From contig JADHLM010000002.1 of assembly GCA_016780665.1 (NCBI GenBank), positions 1-33,162 on the forward strand: 33,162 bases of DNA. The letters run 5' to 3'. The notes under the pieces were generated by a model, which was given only the letters and a program-made list of their open reading frames with translations, was not told where the DNA came from and did not search any database. Made by a program: the position numbers and the translations under genes. The DNA comes from Hyphomicrobiales bacterium (lineage in GTDB: Bacteria; Pseudomonadota; Alphaproteobacteria; Rhizobiales; TMED25). Of this stretch, positions 11,684 to 20,142 are shown one piece after another (the first letter of the stretch is position 1; the number at the start of each line of letters is the position of its first letter).

Positions 11684-12532
11684 CTAATCCTGGCTATTGT
11701 ATATTGTTTCATCTCGAAGCATATCAGGACGTGGTGTAGATATGATGTTGTAACCAGAATCGACATAATGTACCTCACCCGTAACACCTGAAGAAAGGTC
11801 ACTTAGGAGATATATCGATGCACCGCCAATTTCATCAAGCGTGATGGTCCTTCTTAAGGGTGAGTGTCTTTTTTGAAAATTATACATTGCTCTTGCATCT
11901 GCAATACCCCCACCTGCTAATGTTCTCATAGGTCCTGCAGATATTGCATTTACCCTGATACCTCTTTCACCAAAATCTGAGGCAAGATATCTAACTGAAG
12001 ACTCCAATCCCGCTTTTGCAATTCCCATCACATTATAATTTGGCATTACTTTATTAGCACCATCAAATGTTAATGTTAGAATTGATCCTTTATTATTCAT
12101 AATTTTTTGTGCTTCTCTTGCTATCTCTGTGAGTGAATAACATGATATAAGCATTGTTTTTATAAAATTTTCTTTAGTTGTCTCATAATAATGCCCTTTT
12201 AGTTGGCTTTTATCTGAGAATGCAATAGCGTGAACAAGAAAATCGATTTGACCCCATTCTTTACCAATTTTATAATAAAAATCAATCACTTGCTCACTAG
12301 ACTCCACGTCACAAGGAAGAATTAAATTTGATCCCAACTCCTTAGCAAGTGGTTCAACTCTTTTCTTTAATGTTTCTGTTTGATATGAAAATGCGATTTC
12401 AGCACCTGCTGCGAATAATGATCTCGCAATACCCCATGCAATTGAATGATCATTTGCGACACCCATTACAACACCCCTCTTTCCCTTCATGAGTGATAAA
12501 TTTAAATTTGGGCTAATTTTTATGGCATTCAT
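11684..12532 (-). CDS. fabI: Enoyl-[acyl-carrier-protein] reductase (NADH)
   Basis: Contains 'GKRGVVMGVANDHSIAWGIA' and 'YNVMGIAKAGLESSVRYLA' (Tyr/Lys active site). The ATG directly abuts the fabB TAA, so the spacer is 0 nt. An alternative start at 'MKGKRG' is possible. Confidence 0.9.
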   Translation of the reverse strand: MNAIKISPNLNLSLMKGKRGVVMGVANDHSIAWGIARSLFAAGAEIAFSYQTETLKKRVEPLAKELGSNLILPCDVESSEQVIDFYYKIGKEWGQIDFLVHAIAFSDKSQLKGHYYETTKENFIKTMLISCYSLTEIAREAQKIMNNKGSILTLTFDGANKVMPNYNVMGIAKAGLESSVRYLASDFGERGIRVNAISAGPMRTLAGGGIADARAMYNFQKRHSPLRRTITLDEIGGASIYLLSDLSSGVTGEVHYVDSGYNIISTPRPDMLRDETIYNSQD

Positions 12533-13747
12533 TTAATGAACTTTCTGAAATACTAAACAAGCATTTGTTCCACCAAAGCCGAAAGCATTGGACATAACAA
12601 GATTTAATTCTTTATTTTCCTGTCTTTCAAGGGCTATTGGAATATCTTCAAAATTTGGATCTAACTCATCAATATTAGCGGATTTGCAAATGAAATTATT
12701 CTCCATCATTATGAGAGAGAATATAGCTTCGTGAGCACCAGCTGCACCTAATGAATGACCGCTCAAAGATTTTGTTGCAGAGATTATAGGAACATTTTTG
12801 CCAAAGAAATTCTTAATCGCATTAGCCTCAATGATATCCCCTTGGGGCGTTGATGTCGCATGTGGGTTAATATAGTCAATATTTTCTTTCACAGCTGAAG
12901 TTGCTAATTTCATCGCCCTCTCTGCGCCTTCTCCAGATAGCAATACCATATCATTACCATCTGATGTAGAACCATAACCAACTATTTCTGCATATATCTT
13001 GGCTCCACGTGCTTTTGCGTGTTCAAATTCTTCTAAAATTAGAATACCAGCACCACCAGCAATTACAAATCCATCCCGGTTTAAATCATAAGCTCGACTA
13101 GCCCTATGCGGTTCGTCATTAAAATTTGATGACATCGCACCCATCGCATCAAATGTAACAGATAGAGTCCAATCGAGTTCTTCTCCTCCACCAGCAATCA
13201 TTACGTCCTGACTTCCCCACTTAATGAGCTCATATGAGCTTCCTATACAATTATTTGAAGTTGCACAGGCTGATGAAATAGAATAGTTAACGCCTTTAAT
13301 TCCCAAATATGTTGATAACGTTGCAGAAGCCATTGAACACATTGCTTTTGGTACAACAAATGGTCCTACATGTTTTGCACCCCGCTCCCTTGTTTGATCA
13401 GCAGCCTTGACTATTGCTCTAGTTGATGGTCCACCAGTCCCAACTATCAGTCCTGTTTTTTCATTTGAAACTTCCCTTTCTGAGAGTCCAGCATCTGCTA
13501 TTGCCTGCTCGGCTGATATATATGCCCATGCGGATCCGTCAGCCAAAAATCGAAGCTTCCTTCTATCAATGTATTTTTCTAATTCAAATGTTGGGTTACC
13601 ATATACTTGTGATTTAAACCCATAACTCCCATACTCAACAGCTTTTGTGATACCAGGGTTGCATTCAAAAAGAGATTTCCTAACATCGTCAACGTTATTC
13701 CCTATACTGGAGATAATCCCCATCCCAGTTACCACAACTCTACGCAA
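12533..13747 (-). CDS. fabB: 3-oxoacyl-ACP synthase I (KAS I)
   Basis: Alignable along its length to E. coli FabB from memory: 'RRVVVTGMGIISSIGNN', 'NYSISSACATS' (active Cys), 'HATSTPQGD' and 'GHSLGAAG'. Length is 404 aa. It lies immediately downstream of fabA. Confidence 0.9.
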   Translation of the reverse strand: MRRVVVTGMGIISSIGNNVDDVRKSLFECNPGITKAVEYGSYGFKSQVYGNPTFELEKYIDRRKLRFLADGSAWAYISAEQAIADAGLSEREVSNEKTGLIVGTGGPSTRAIVKAADQTRERGAKHVGPFVVPKAMCSMASATLSTYLGIKGVNYSISSACATSNNCIGSSYELIKWGSQDVMIAGGGEELDWTLSVTFDAMGAMSSNFNDEPHRASRAYDLNRDGFVIAGGAGILILEEFEHAKARGAKIYAEIVGYGSTSDGNDMVLLSGEGAERAMKLATSAVKENIDYINPHATSTPQGDIIEANAIKNFFGKNVPIISATKSLSGHSLGAAGAHEAIFSLIMMENNFICKSANIDELDPNFEDIPIALERQENKELNLVMSNAFGFGGTNACLVFQKVH

Positions 13748-13760
13748 AACTTATCTCCCT

Positions 13761-14273
13761 TTAATTTTCAAATAGACCAACTTTAAGACCCTCTGCAAAA
13801 TAAACTTTTTCACTATCAGCATAGAGTTCTCCATCGGCTACACCTAAAGTTAGGTTTCTTGTAACTAACTTTTTAATATTAACTTTATATTCTATACGTT
13901 GAATAGAAGGATCAATCATTCCAAAAAATTTTACTTCACCCACTCCTAATGCTCTTCCTTTTCCTGGCCTTCCAAGCCAACCTAAATAAAATCCTAACAA
14001 CTGCCATAGTGCATCAAGACCTAAACATCCTGGCATAACAGGATCATTTTGAAAATGGCAATCAAAAAACCATAAATCGTCTTTTATTTCCATCTCAGCT
14101 ACTATCTGCCCTTTTGAAAAAATTCCACCCTCTTGACTTATGTGTGAAATTTTATCAAACATTAACATTGGTGGCATTGGTAACTTAGCATTTCCAGGAC
14201 CAAATAATTTTCCCTCAGCGCATTCAATCAATTCATTGTAAGTAAATGAAGACTTGTTAAGTTTAGACATCAA
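13761..14273 (-). CDS. fabA: 3-hydroxydecanoyl-ACP dehydratase/isomerase
   Basis: Contains '[32 protein letters not shown]', including the FabA active-site His. Length is 170 aa. Confidence 0.95.
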   Translation of the reverse strand: MMSKLNKSSFTYNELIECAEGKLFGPGNAKLPMPPMLMFDKISHISQEGGIFSKGQIVAEMEIKDDLWFFDCHFQNDPVMPGCLGLDALWQLLGFYLGWLGRPGKGRALGVGEVKFFGMIDPSIQRIEYKVNIKKLVTRNLTLGVADGELYADSEKVYFAEGLKVGLFEN

Positions 14274-14351
14274 AGATTCAATAATTTACATTAATATTAT
14301 TATATTATAAGTTAGATAAAAGTAATTTTAATATATATGATTAATTTTTAA

Positions 14352-14786
14352 ATGCAAAACCAAACATCAAAAACACAGCCTCTAATGAATAAGATATGCA
14401 TTATGGGAATGCTCAGAAAGGCTGATATTAAACTAACAAAACAAAGAGTATCCTTGGCTGGTATCCTATTTAACCTTAAAAGTGGTCATTTTACTGCTGA
14501 AGATCTACATGACGAAACAAAAATCAAAAATCTGAAAATTTCCCTCGCGACAGTTTATAATACACTTAACCATTTTTCACAAAATGGCCTTATAAAAACA
14601 CTCCAACTTGATAATCAAAAAACATATTATGATCGCAACACTGAAAATCATTACCATGTTAAAAATGGAAACGAAATAGAAGATATTTCAACTGATGCTG
14701 TTAAAATAACTCTAGATAATTATGAATTACCTGCAGGGAAAAAAATTAAATCAATAGATGTTTTGATAACTTTATCAGAAAAATAG
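14352..14786 (+). CDS. irr: Fur-family iron response regulator, Irr type
   Basis: 'ISLATVYNTLNHFSQNGLIKTLQLDNQKTYYDRNTENHYHV' parallels the Bradyrhizobium Irr stretch '..VSLATVYNTLNQL...KTYFDTN..HHHYY' as I remember it. The gene is divergent from fabA, as in many Alphaproteobacteria. There are no C-terminal CxxC pairs. The start is uncertain (Met1, Met12, Met18 or Met20). Confidence 0.75.
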   Translation: MQNQTSKTQPLMNKICIMGMLRKADIKLTKQRVSLAGILFNLKSGHFTAEDLHDETKIKNLKISLATVYNTLNHFSQNGLIKTLQLDNQKTYYDRNTENHYHVKNGNEIEDISTDAVKITLDNYELPAGKKIKSIDVLITLSEK

Positions 14787-14796
14787 CGAATATATT

Positions 14797-15390
14797 TCAT
14801 TCAGCAGAGTAAATTTCTTCCCCTCTGTATACTCCGTATATCAGCTCTTGAGAAATCCAACCTGTTCTATCATCTACGCTCACATTACAAATAATGCCAT
14901 CACATTGAATTATTGATACTATTACTCCAGGTTCTAACTTTGTTTTAACTTTTAGAGAGTCCTTTGTGTTATATAAATCGTGGTAAATATCAATTTCCTT
15001 ATTTACTTCCCATGGAGCTATAATACCAGTTCTATTTGAAGAAATAAGGGTATTCTTTATCCACCCAATATTCGCATCAAAGTCTCTTATCTTACTCCAT
15101 CCATCAACATCCTCTAGTATCTCAATTGGGATCGATCTTTTATTATATGTCCAAATAATACTATGTTCTAGAGATGGGCCTAATCTTACGTTCGTCTTTG
15201 TTGCCCTAAGACTCTTGAAATTGTAATCCCTGTTATTTGCTTTTGTGATTTCACCCGATGAGCTTACAACAATTTCTTCAAACTCTTTAAATGCATTATT
15301 GAAAGTTTTGGCAGTAAAAAAAATAATACACAAAGTGATAATGAAAATAATTGTTATTTTATTTAAAATATACTTCTTAATAACTATCAT
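14797..15390 (-). CDS. Secreted or membrane-anchored bacterial SH3-domain protein (DUF1058-like)
   Basis: There is an N-terminal hydrophobic signal/anchor, 'KKYILNKITIIFIITLCIIFFTA'. Two SH3b-like segments are present: 'VRLGPSLEHSIIWTYNKRSIPIEILEDVDGWSKIRDFDANIGWI' and 'GVIVSIIQCDGIICNVSVDDRTGWI'. I place the start at Met13 (15390) rather than 15426, but it is uncertain. Either choice overlaps the upstream gene's 3' end. Confidence 0.6.
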   Translation of the reverse strand: MIVIKKYILNKITIIFIITLCIIFFTAKTFNNAFKEFEEIVVSSSGEITKANNRDYNFKSLRATKTNVRLGPSLEHSIIWTYNKRSIPIEILEDVDGWSKIRDFDANIGWIKNTLISSNRTGIIAPWEVNKEIDIYHDLYNTKDSLKVKTKLEPGVIVSIIQCDGIICNVSVDDRTGWISQELIYGVYRGEEIYSAE

Positions 15391-16126
15391 ACGCAAATGT
15401 CTCAAACTTATTATTAAGAATATCAACCACTAATAATTTCCCTACTAATGTATTTTCAAAACCCAGGCTTATTTTTATGGTCTCACCACCCATAATGGTT
15501 CCAACAAGAGTAGTTGTTATAGATAATACTCCTACGTCCGCACATGTTTCTTGATTACCTTCTAATGTTTCTTCATCAAATAAGTCCCTTATCTTTGGGT
15601 ATTTACGTTCATTGTTTGATGGTAAAATTGATGTAATCTGTCCCTCGAATGCTCTTACACTACCGAATATGTATGGTTTTTCAAGTTCTTGACATAGATC
15701 AGCTACTCTAAATCTAGTATTAAAATTATCTGTGCAGTCGACAATGATATCATATTTACTTATGATATCTTTAAATTCCTTATCCTTCACGTCAAGTTGA
15801 TAAGTATTAACTAATATATTTGGGTTTAATTGGCTCACAAATATTTTAGCACTATCTACTTTCGGTAAACCCACGCTGTTTACATTATGTATAAACTGTC
15901 TTTGTAAATTTGAAATATCTACTTTATCAAAATCTACTATACCTATGCAACCGACCCCCACACTTGACAAATGCATTATAACTGGCGCTCCTAAGCCCCC
16001 GGCTCCAATTACTATTATTTTAGTATTTTTTAATTTTAATTGACCAGGACCGCCTAAATTCTTTATGAGAATTTGCTTTGAATATCTCTTAAGTTCCTCT
16101 TCATTTAATTTAGTTTTAACTGACAT
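15377..16126 (-). CDS. ThiF/MoeB/HesA-family E1-like adenylyltransferase
   Basis: Contains 'LKRYSKQILIKNLGGPGQLKL', the nucleotide loop 'IIVIGAGGLGAPV', 'DFDKVDISNLQRQFIH' and 'IIVDCTDNFNTRF'. At 249 aa it matches the length of E. coli MoeB/ThiF. I cannot tell from sequence whether it acts on ThiS, MoaD or another partner. Confidence 0.85.
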   Translation of the reverse strand: MSVKTKLNEEELKRYSKQILIKNLGGPGQLKLKNTKIIVIGAGGLGAPVIMHLSSVGVGCIGIVDFDKVDISNLQRQFIHNVNSVGLPKVDSAKIFVSQLNPNILVNTYQLDVKDKEFKDIISKYDIIVDCTDNFNTRFRVADLCQELEKPYIFGSVRAFEGQITSILPSNNERKYPKIRDLFDEETLEGNQETCADVGVLSITTTLVGTIMGGETIKISLGFENTLVGKLLVVDILNNKFETFAYDSY

Positions 16127-16140
16127 GTAAAATCAAAAAC

Positions 16141-16596
16141 CTATACACCTGTAGATCCAAAGCCACCATCGTTTCTTGATGTTTCTGTTAAAAATTCGAT
16201 TTCTTCAATTTTAACTTTCTCATATTTTGAAATAATCATTTGGGCGATTCTATCTCCATTTTTTACAATAAAATCCTCGTGTCCATGATTTATCAAAATA
16301 ATTTTAATTTCACCCCTATAATCATTATCAATTGTTCCAGGAGAATTTAAAACTGTCACTCCATATTTGTATGCTAAACCTGATCTTGGTCTGATTTGTG
16401 CTTCACAACCATCCGGTAGCTCTATTGTTATACCTGTTGGAATTATTTCCCATTTATTAGGTTTAATAGTAATTTGCTCAGTATTTTGCTCTAAATTAGC
16501 AACTAGATCAAGACCTGACGAACCTGTTGTCTGATATTGTGGAAGCTTAATGGTTTCTCGATTTGATTTTTTATAAATTTTAAGTATATTTTTCAT
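16141..16596 (-). CDS. dut: dUTP diphosphatase
   Basis: Contains 'GSSGLDL', 'RPRSGLA', '[11 protein letters not shown]' and '[10 protein letters not shown]'. Length is 151 aa. Confidence 0.95.
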   Translation of the reverse strand: MKNILKIYKKSNRETIKLPQYQTTGSSGLDLVANLEQNTEQITIKPNKWEIIPTGITIELPDGCEAQIRPRSGLAYKYGVTVLNSPGTIDNDYRGEIKIILINHGHEDFIVKNGDRIAQMIISKYEKVKIEEIEFLTETSRNDGGFGSTGV

Positions 16597-16599
16597 AAA

Positions 16600-17799
16600 T
16601 CATTCAAAATATTCTGATATCAAATTAGATAACTTATTTGCAACATCCATCTTTGACATTTTCTTCCAATTCTCTGTATTTGATTTATTGAAAAAGACTA
16701 TAGTATTATCGTCACCATTAAAAACATTGTTTTTCTCAGATACATCATTAGCGAGCAGCCAGTCCATGTTTACTTTTTCCAACTTATTTTTAGCATTCTC
16801 AATCAAATTTTCTGTTTCTGCAGCAAATCCAATTGCTAGTTTTGGCTTTGTATTTGGATTATTTACAATAGTTTTTATAATATTTGTATTTTCAGTTAAT
16901 TCTAGACTTGGAACGCTTCTATCTTTCTTTATTTTTTGATTGGAATAATTCTTTACTTTCCAATCTGCAACTGCTGCTGCAAATATTCCAATATCGGCGG
17001 GTGATACACTCTGGACTGCATCAAGCATTTGCTTTGCTGTATCGATCTTTATGCACTTAACACCGTCTGGTATTGGCTCATTTGATGGGCCGCTTATCAA
17101 TGTTGTTTTTGCACCAAATTGTGATAAAGAAGCTGCTATTGCGTAGCCTTGCTTGCCAGAAGAATTATTTGTGATATACCTTACTGGATCTATTGGTTCG
17201 ATTGTTGGTCCTGCTGTAACAAATGCAGTCTTGTTCTTAAGTTTTGTTCTTTTTTGAAAAAACTCGACAATACACCCAAGTATATCTGCAGGCTCTTCCA
17301 TTCTACCCATACCATTTTCACCACAAGCAGTTTCTCCATGAGAAGGTCCAAATACATAAATGCCATTCTCTCTAATTTTTTTTATATTATTTTTTGTAAT
17401 TGCATTTTGATACATCTGAGGGTTCATGGCAGGAACAATAATTATTGGTTTATTTGATGCTAACAAAGTCGTAGAAGCCAGGTCGTCTGCTATTCCATTC
17501 GCCATTTTAGCAATAATATTAGCTGTCGCAGGTGCTACAACTATTAAATCCATTGTTCGTGATAGATTTATGTGTCCCATATGCAGTTCACTATGGTAAT
17601 CAAATAAATTTGTATGAACTTCATTTTGAGATAACTGGGAAACAGTAAGTTCTGTTACAAATTCTTTAGCAGATTGTGTTAGAATCACATGCACATTAGA
17701 ACCTGACTTTTTTAATGATCTAATCAGTTCAAGACTCTTATATGCTGCAATCCCACCGCTTATAACTAGGAGTATGTTTTTACCTTTGAGATTTAACAT
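16600..17799 (-). CDS. coaBC: Bifunctional phosphopantothenoylcysteine decarboxylase / phosphopantothenate-cysteine ligase
   Basis: The N-terminal flavoprotein half has 'LVISGGIAAYKSLELIR' and 'PAMNPQMYQN'. The C-terminal CoaB half has 'NNSSGKQGYAIA' and 'AAAVADWK'. The gene is adjacent to dut, as in E. coli dfp-dut. Confidence 0.93.
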   Translation of the reverse strand: MLNLKGKNILLVISGGIAAYKSLELIRSLKKSGSNVHVILTQSAKEFVTELTVSQLSQNEVHTNLFDYHSELHMGHINLSRTMDLIVVAPATANIIAKMANGIADDLASTTLLASNKPIIIVPAMNPQMYQNAITKNNIKKIRENGIYVFGPSHGETACGENGMGRMEEPADILGCIVEFFQKRTKLKNKTAFVTAGPTIEPIDPVRYITNNSSGKQGYAIAASLSQFGAKTTLISGPSNEPIPDGVKCIKIDTAKQMLDAVQSVSPADIGIFAAAVADWKVKNYSNQKIKKDRSVPSLELTENTNIIKTIVNNPNTKPKLAIGFAAETENLIENAKNKLEKVNMDWLLANDVSEKNNVFNGDDNTIVFFNKSNTENWKKMSKMDVANKLSNLISEYFE

Positions 17800-17802
17800 C
17801 CT

Positions 17803-19311
17803 TTAATCCAATAAAATTATAATTGAACTTAACAAAATAAAGAGTGTTATAATCCAAAAAATTGATTTCATAAAGAAATTTTGTTTTTCTCTATTTTTGT
17901 CTTTTGCATCCAATATTTTGTGAAAATTCTCATTTGCAATTTTTGCGCTATGTATTAATTCCGGTAGATCATTTATTGCTGAACCAAATTTTGAAATGTC
18001 TTCAATTGTTTTTTTAATTTTTTTCTCAGGAGAAATTTTTTCTTCTATCCATTTTGAAACAACCGGTTTAGCAATATCCCACATATTTAAATCAGGATCT
18101 AAATCTCTTGCAACCCCTTCAGTTACAACCATTGTTTTTTGTAATAACAACAATTCTGGTCTTGTCTCCATTTGAAATTGTTCTGTGACTTCAAAAAGTT
18201 GCGTTAAAACATTTGCCATAGATATATCATTGGCTTTTTTACCTGTTAATGGTTCGCCAATTGCCCTGAGTGCTTGACTGAACTCATCAAGCCTTTGATC
18301 TTTTGGCACATAGCCTGCTTCAAAGTGTATTTCAGCTGCCCTTTTGTAATTTTTGGTTATCAATCCCCATAAAATTTCAGCTAGAAAATTTTGTTCTTTT
18401 TCACCGAGCCTACCCATAATACCAAAGTCAAGGATAACAAGTTTACCGTCTGTATTAACCAACAAATTACCCTGATGCATATCCGCATGAAAAAATCCGT
18501 TTCTTAACGCTTGAGTTAAAAATGACTGGATAACAATTCGTGCAAGTTCTTTGAGATTGAAACCATTTTTAATCAATAGATCCCTATCCTTTATTGAAAT
18601 TCCATCTATCCATTCAATTGTAAGTATTTTTTTTGTAGTTTTTTCCCAAAATACTCTTGGTACAACATATTCATCATCGGTTTGCATGTTATTACTAATT
18701 TCTGATATTGCTGCTGCTTCAAATCTCAAATCCATCTCCATCTGAACCGATCTTTGCATAGTCATTATTGAGTCTTTAAATTTTAATCTTTTTAATTCAG
18801 GATTAATCTTTTCAAAAAGATCTGCTATAAAATAAAAATATTCAAAATCCTTTTTAAATTTCCTATCAACGCTCGGTCTGAGTATTTTTACAGCAACTTT
18901 TTGTTCCTTGTTAATAAGCGCTCTGTGAACTTGTGCAATAGAGGCAGCTGCAATTGCATCACCAAACTCATCATATACATCTTCAACCTTGGTATTAAAT
19001 TCACTCTCAATAATTCCGATGGAGATATCCTTATTAAAAGTTGGAAGATTATCTTGTAAGAATGAGAGTTCATTTGCTTGTTCTCTTCCAATAATATCAG
19101 GGCGAGTTGCAAGAAATTGACCCAATTTTATGTATGAGGGTCCAAGGCTTTCTAAAACATTTGAAAAAGTCTTATTTTTTTTTCTTTTCCCTCGGAATAT
19201 CCTAATGAGGTTTGATTTTTTTTCAAGAGGGACAAATTTTTCTGGCAACTCACAATTATAAAATAATATCCCAAGTTTGATAGTTTGATATAAATTAGAA
19301 AAATATGTCAT
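17803..19311 (-). CDS. ubiB: Ubiquinone biosynthesis regulatory protein kinase UbiB (ABC1/ADCK family)
   Basis: Contains 'LGPSYIKLGQFLATRPD', 'AAASIAQVHRA', 'FFHADMHQGNLLV' and 'ILDFGIMGRL', plus a C-terminal transmembrane helix. The start is set at 'MTYFSNL' (19311), 10 nt after the ubiE stop. The listed ORF start at 19359 would overlap ubiE by 38 nt. Confidence 0.88.
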   Translation of the reverse strand: MTYFSNLYQTIKLGILFYNCELPEKFVPLEKKSNLIRIFRGKRKKNKTFSNVLESLGPSYIKLGQFLATRPDIIGREQANELSFLQDNLPTFNKDISIGIIESEFNTKVEDVYDEFGDAIAAASIAQVHRALINKEQKVAVKILRPSVDRKFKKDFEYFYFIADLFEKINPELKRLKFKDSIMTMQRSVQMEMDLRFEAAAISEISNNMQTDDEYVVPRVFWEKTTKKILTIEWIDGISIKDRDLLIKNGFNLKELARIVIQSFLTQALRNGFFHADMHQGNLLVNTDGKLVILDFGIMGRLGEKEQNFLAEILWGLITKNYKRAAEIHFEAGYVPKDQRLDEFSQALRAIGEPLTGKKANDISMANVLTQLFEVTEQFQMETRPELLLLQKTMVVTEGVARDLDPDLNMWDIAKPVVSKWIEEKISPEKKIKKTIEDISKFGSAINDLPELIHSAKIANENFHKILDAKDKNREKQNFFMKSIFWIITLFILLSSIIILLD

Positions 19312-19321
19312 TTTTACAACT

Positions 19322-20083
19322 TTATATTTTCCAACCAGAGTGAATGGCAGCAATTCCACCAGACAAATTTGTATATTTTGGTCTCGTAAATCCTGCTTGT
19401 CTTATCATATCAATAAATTCCTCCTGTCGAGGAAATCTACTAATGCTTTCTACCAAATATTGATATGAGTCTCTGTCTTTTGTAACAATATATCCAATTT
19501 CTGGTATAATATTTTTTGAATAAAACTCATAGAGATTATCGATCATGGGTATCTCAACTTTTGAAAATTCAAGACAAAAAAATTTTCCTCCATGTTTTAA
19601 TACCCTTAATATCTCAGATAAAGCATTTTCAATTGAAGCAACATTTCTTATCCCAAATGCGATACTGACTGTATCTATAGATTTATCTTCTAAAGGTATT
19701 TTTTCTGCGTCAGAGACTACAAACTGAATACTATCTTTGTGTTTGACATATTCTTTCCTTTTCATAGCCTGATTTAACATACTTTCATTAATATCCATCA
19801 TAAAGATGGATGTATTCTCATTTTTTTTATTCAATATTTTATAACCAATATCCCCTGTGCCAGACGCTAAATCAAGGTGAGAAAAACTCCGTGTACTAGT
19901 TCTAAGTCCTAAGATAGAATTTACTAGTATGTCTTTCCATATTCTGTGTGTTCCGATTGATAAAACATCGTTCATAATATCGTACTTTTCTGCAACAGAA
20001 TTAAAAACACCCTTTACATTATTGATTTTTTTTTCCTTAGTAACCTCCAAATTACCAAAAAAGTATTTATTATTATTTGACAT
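19322..20083 (-). CDS. ubiE: Ubiquinone/menaquinone C-methyltransferase UbiE
   Basis: Contains 'VFNSVAEKYDIMNDVLSIGTHRIWK', the SAM motif 'HLDLASGTGDI', 'AFGIRNV' and 'GGIAAIHSGWK'. Length is 253 aa. Confidence 0.92.
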   Translation of the reverse strand: MSNNNKYFFGNLEVTKEKKINNVKGVFNSVAEKYDIMNDVLSIGTHRIWKDILVNSILGLRTSTRSFSHLDLASGTGDIGYKILNKKNENTSIFMMDINESMLNQAMKRKEYVKHKDSIQFVVSDAEKIPLEDKSIDTVSIAFGIRNVASIENALSEILRVLKHGGKFFCLEFSKVEIPMIDNLYEFYSKNIIPEIGYIVTKDRDSYQYLVESISRFPRQEEFIDMIRQAGFTRPKYTNLSGGIAAIHSGWKI

Positions 20084-20101
20084 TACTTGTTTTTCAATTT
20101 T

Positions 20102-20129
20102 TTCTATATTTCTATATTAGTTTCTATGT
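20102..20129. repeat. Tandem octamer TTCTATAT x2 plus a degenerate third copy (TTCTATGT) in the ubiE/mutM divergent spacer
   Basis: Read directly. Copy 1 is 20102-20109. Copy 2 is 20110-20117 and identical. Copy 3 is 20122-20129 and matches 7/8. Confidence 0.6.
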
Positions 20130-20142
20130 TTATATTTTAAAG

